From Chiloscyllium plagiosum (taxonomy: Eukaryota): a stretch of DNA of 64,000 nucleotides. A program made the translations under genes and the position numbers. The stretch is from contig NC_057719.1 of NCBI RefSeq assembly GCF_004010195.1, positions 68,227,873 through 68,291,872 of the forward strand, in the 5' to 3' direction. The stretch's first letter is position 1; every line of letters starts with the position of its first letter. Below, piece by piece: positions 62,378-64,000 of this stretch. Under the pieces are notes generated by a model. That model did no database searches, was not told the DNA's origin, and was given only the letters and a program-made list of their open reading frames with translations.

Positions 62378-64000
62378 CAGTGGTTCCCAATCTTTTTGGT
62401 ATTAATGAAACAAACAAGTCCACTGTGCACCCACTTTTATCAGCTCAATTGCTTGCTCATAAATGTCACATTTACTTGCATTTATTATGGCCACGGCCTA
62501 GCTAGAGATGTTTGCAACATTATGAAAGATCAAAAGCATGCACGTTTGAAATCCACCGACAAGATACAACGTTGTAGACTGTGAGCACAGACACATTTTC
62601 AAAATCTGCTTCGTCAACTAGTTCTAATTATTCATGAACAATGGACCACAGCAAAACGGAAACAAGGGTAAACAGCAATTTCCTGGGTTAGTGGAAAATG
62701 TGGGCATGTTGTAATCGATTCGAGGGCTACCACAAAGCTTACTCCTCTGACAAGTTCTCCCTCCTATTGTTTCTCATGTACAGCACTGCTGAAAATGCCA
62801 GACGTATGTTGTTGCAATGGGAAGAGCATGGTGAAAGATTATTGCATATTCATGTACCACAATTATCTAAAACATATACAAAGACACCTCTCCAAATTTA
62901 GCATCATTGTGTGTTTTATCCATAGCTCTGCATATTCCTCATTTTCTTTCAATGTCAATTTTTGTGATGAATCAGAAGCTGGTGCATTAAACAGATTACG
63001 TATCCGGTCATGCCTTTCCAATTTGGTTGAGAAGAGGTAGAATTTCCTTGCAGTTGCTTTTGAGATATTTCAATACGAAGCTGTGAATCATGACAGCTAC
63101 GTCCGCTGATGATCATGCTCATTGAATCATTTCAAGTGAACCCCCTACCACTGTCTCCTACCAAAGGCCCAGGTTTTACCTGAAACATTGAAATTTGTCT
63201 ACAAAGGTCAGGATTATCTTGTTCTTACCCTGCGTTTTAGAGTTCAGCTCATTCAGACAAAATGTCTGTGAGATATGCCGGCTTATTCCACCAGTAATCA
63301 ATAGATAGGCAGGTCATGCATTGTTGAAAACTCTGTCAGTTCTCTCCAGCGCTCATGACCACAAGAGACAACCTTCCCCACAATAACGATTGCACTCTGG
63401 TGTGTACCAGTTAACTCTGAAGTTCAATCCCCATCTCTGCACAGAATATAGTGACCAAATGTGATTTTACTGGCTGTGATTTTATGTAATTCACATTTTT
63501 CACAGCTTGCTCTAATAATGCAGCTAATTCCAGTGGCATTGTTTTGGCTACATGCTCTTCATGTTGGGGGATGCAATGGGTGATTAGACTATCACAATTT
63601 TGGTTGTTCACCTTACTGAAAAACTCTTTGACTTTCTCCATCATGGAGGCTGCTCTGTCAGTGCAAATACTCCAACACATTGGCCCAGGTGAGATTGTAT
63701 TCTTTCAGATAGGGTATCTATTATCTGAAATATCTTTTCATTCAGCGCATGACTTGGTAGCGCCTTACAAAAAATCGAGTTTTCCCGAATGGGAAAACTT
63801 GAATGTTGACTAGCAGCTGGCAATATCCACTTGTATCAGTGGACTAATCAATCTGCAAAGCAAACTTCCCATTAGTAGCCAACATCTCTTGCAGCACCTC
63901 CTATCAGCTGACATGTCATCAATTCACCATTTAACTATTGTCAGGGAATGGAATTTTATTGATCGCTTTTGCAGCAACTGTTCTTGACACTGCACCTACG
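62378..64000 (-). mobile_element. hAT (Charlie/Buster-like) DNA transposon with decayed transposase, running off the window
   Basis: Terminus CAGTGGTTCCCAA at 62378; ORF 63411..63680 has ICTD.AASM..THC...H..VNYIK motifs of ZBED5/SCAND3-like transposases; frameshifts. Confidence 0.85.

Noticed and set aside
63411..63680. Domesticated ZBED5/SCAND3-like gene
   Set aside because: Frameshifts and stops flank the ORF and a TIR is retained, consistent with a dead transposon.

Overview
Eukaryotic, non-coding, repeat-rich vertebrate DNA. HE1/V-SINE-type and DeuSINE-type SINEs plus abundant CR1 LINEs point to a cartilaginous fish, most likely a shark (inference from repeat families). No intact host protein-coding gene, rRNA, tRNA or CRISPR array could be supported; the ORF track is mostly transposon remnants and chance ORFs. 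The main structure is an ~11 kb decayed Gmr1-like Gypsy LTR retrotransposon (~16.1-27.5 kb) with a tRNA-Pro primer-binding site and integrase upstream of RT. Nested inside it are two Penelope elements, an HE1 SINE, several CR1 pieces and a second Gypsy element. Several Penelope-derived repeats carry minimal hammerhead-ribozyme motifs; two short inserts have visible target-site duplications. Also present are RTE and L2 LINE remnants, PIF/Harbinger remnants and a MITE, and a hAT/Charlie transposon at the right end. Transposon-poor blocks (~27.7-33.3 kb, ~36.8-38.8 kb, ~48.9-56.4 kb) contain a perfect DR4, a CTCF motif and homeodomain motif clusters, suggesting a constrained cis-regulatory landscape. 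Boundaries were set by eye and are approximate. I found no convincing wholly new system; the best leads are the hammerhead-bearing mini-elements and the regulatory or exon candidates.
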